Source: Acidimicrobiia bacterium
GTDB lineage: Bacteria; Actinomycetota; Acidimicrobiia; IMCC26256; JAENVU01
Assembly (NCBI GenBank): GCA_036502405.1
Contig: DASXYP010000084.1
Coordinates: 6,560 to 70,559 of the forward strand
Length of the DNA: 64,000 nt
Reading direction: 5' to 3'
In this document: in pieces, positions 63,668 through 64,000 of the stretch
Layout: each line of letters opens with the position of its first letter
How positions within the stretch are numbered: position 1 is the first letter of the stretch
Program-made: the position numbers and the translations under genes
The notes under the pieces: model-generated
What the model was told of the DNA's origin: nothing
Seen by the model: only the letters and a program-made list of their open reading frames with translations
The model's database searches: none

Positions 63668-64000
63668 ATGACGACGCTTCCGACCATCGCCACCCGCGAC
63701 GCCTCGGACCTCCGCCTCGTCGGCGAGGTCGCGGAGGTGCTCGCGGTGCCCCGGGAGGACCCGGCCGACTCGTTCGTGCTCCACGCCCCGCTCGAGCTGA
63801 TCGCCCGGACCGCGCTGCTCCCGTACGTCGACGCCGCGCGACGTCCCGCGGCGCGGGACCGCATCACGGCCGTCGGCACCGAGCTCGAGGCGTTCGGGCC
63901 GCCGGTCGCCCGCCCGGCGGCCGACGAGCTCGAGTCGCTGCCTTCGGCGACGGAGCAGCTCGTCGCCGCGGTCGGGCGCGGCGAGCTCGACGACGTCGAC
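63668..64000 (+). CDS. Hypothetical protein, 3' end outside window
   Basis: From ATG 63668 the frame stays open to the window edge (111 codons) with strong third-position GC. Not listed in the track because no stop is reached. Promoter-like AT-rich sequence lies immediately upstream. Confidence 0.5.
   Translation, partial: MTTLPTIATRDASDLRLVGEVAEVLAVPREDPADSFVLHAPLELIARTALLPYVDAARRPAARDRITAVGTELEAFGPPVARPAADELESLPSATEQLVAAVGRGELDDVD

Noticed and set aside
1-64000. Searched by eye for rRNA/tRNA genes, integrases/transposases, toxin-antitoxin pairs, restriction-modification or other defence modules, and for compositionally atypical (low-GC) islands.
   Set aside because: None were found. Composition is uniformly GC-rich apart from a few short promoter-like AT-rich spots, and no ORF showed nuclease, helicase, recombinase or similar defence or mobile-element signatures.

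Overview
Very high G+C (roughly 70% by eye) chromosomal segment of actinobacterial type. Supporting gene content: a mycothiol-type DinB/maleylpyruvate-isomerase-family protein, an Erm(37)-like methyltransferase, a DesA-type desaturase and an LpqC-like lipoprotein. I support about 63 protein-coding genes on both strands, nearly all transport or catabolic/lipid-related.

Gene content in order:
- LivJ-HM-G-F type branched-chain amino-acid ABC importer.
- Two Cys-type sulfatases, four amidohydrolase_2 paralogs, an acyl-CoA ligase, three SDRs, four alpha/beta hydrolases, two SAM methyltransferases.
- A D-aminoacylase and an Erm(37)-like short rRNA methyltransferase next to a PhyH dioxygenase.
- A sphingosine-1-phosphate-lyase-like PLP enzyme translationally coupled to an FGGY kinase.
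- A soluble acyl-ACP desaturase divergent from a GAF-ANTAR regulator.
- A small adenylate-cyclase/membrane-protein/GNAT-like operon.
- LtrA, agmatine deiminase plus N-carbamoylputrescine amidase, and a membrane His-box desaturase.
- A DrrABC/NodIJ-like ABC-2 exporter and a DGPF/YciI protein with an ECF42-type sigma factor.
- A DHA2 MFS transporter, a 797-aa membrane protein with a degenerate kinase-like core, two P450s and a CsbD-like stress protein.

I saw no rRNA, tRNA, CRISPR array, transposase/integrase or recognisable defence genes, and no clear-cut novel multi-gene system. The window looks like ordinary core/accessory metabolism.

The six-frame track holds many long spurious Arg/Pro/Gly-rich ORFs, typical of high-GC DNA. 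I chose frames by recognisable family motifs, third-position GC, start-codon/SD context and neighbouring stops. Several starts are therefore trimmed relative to the track. Many adjacent genes share 1-4 nt stop/start overlaps (GTGA, ATGA, TTGA, TAGTG), which suggests translational coupling.

The most unusual signals are non-coding:
1. A family of about 55-bp nested-palindrome elements. Two same-orientation copies bracket a secreted hydrolase gene, and a third inverted copy sits at 48.7 kb.
2. A 93-bp tandem duplication of a strongly self-pairing element upstream of the S1P-lyase-like/FGGY operon.
3. A strong-SD upstream ORF plus hairpin ahead of the Erm-like gene.
4. A good SigB/SigF-type promoter ahead of the csbD-like gene.
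5. An AT-rich promoter with an embedded 16-bp palindrome at the right edge.

All family assignments come from motif recognition by eye. No database search was run.
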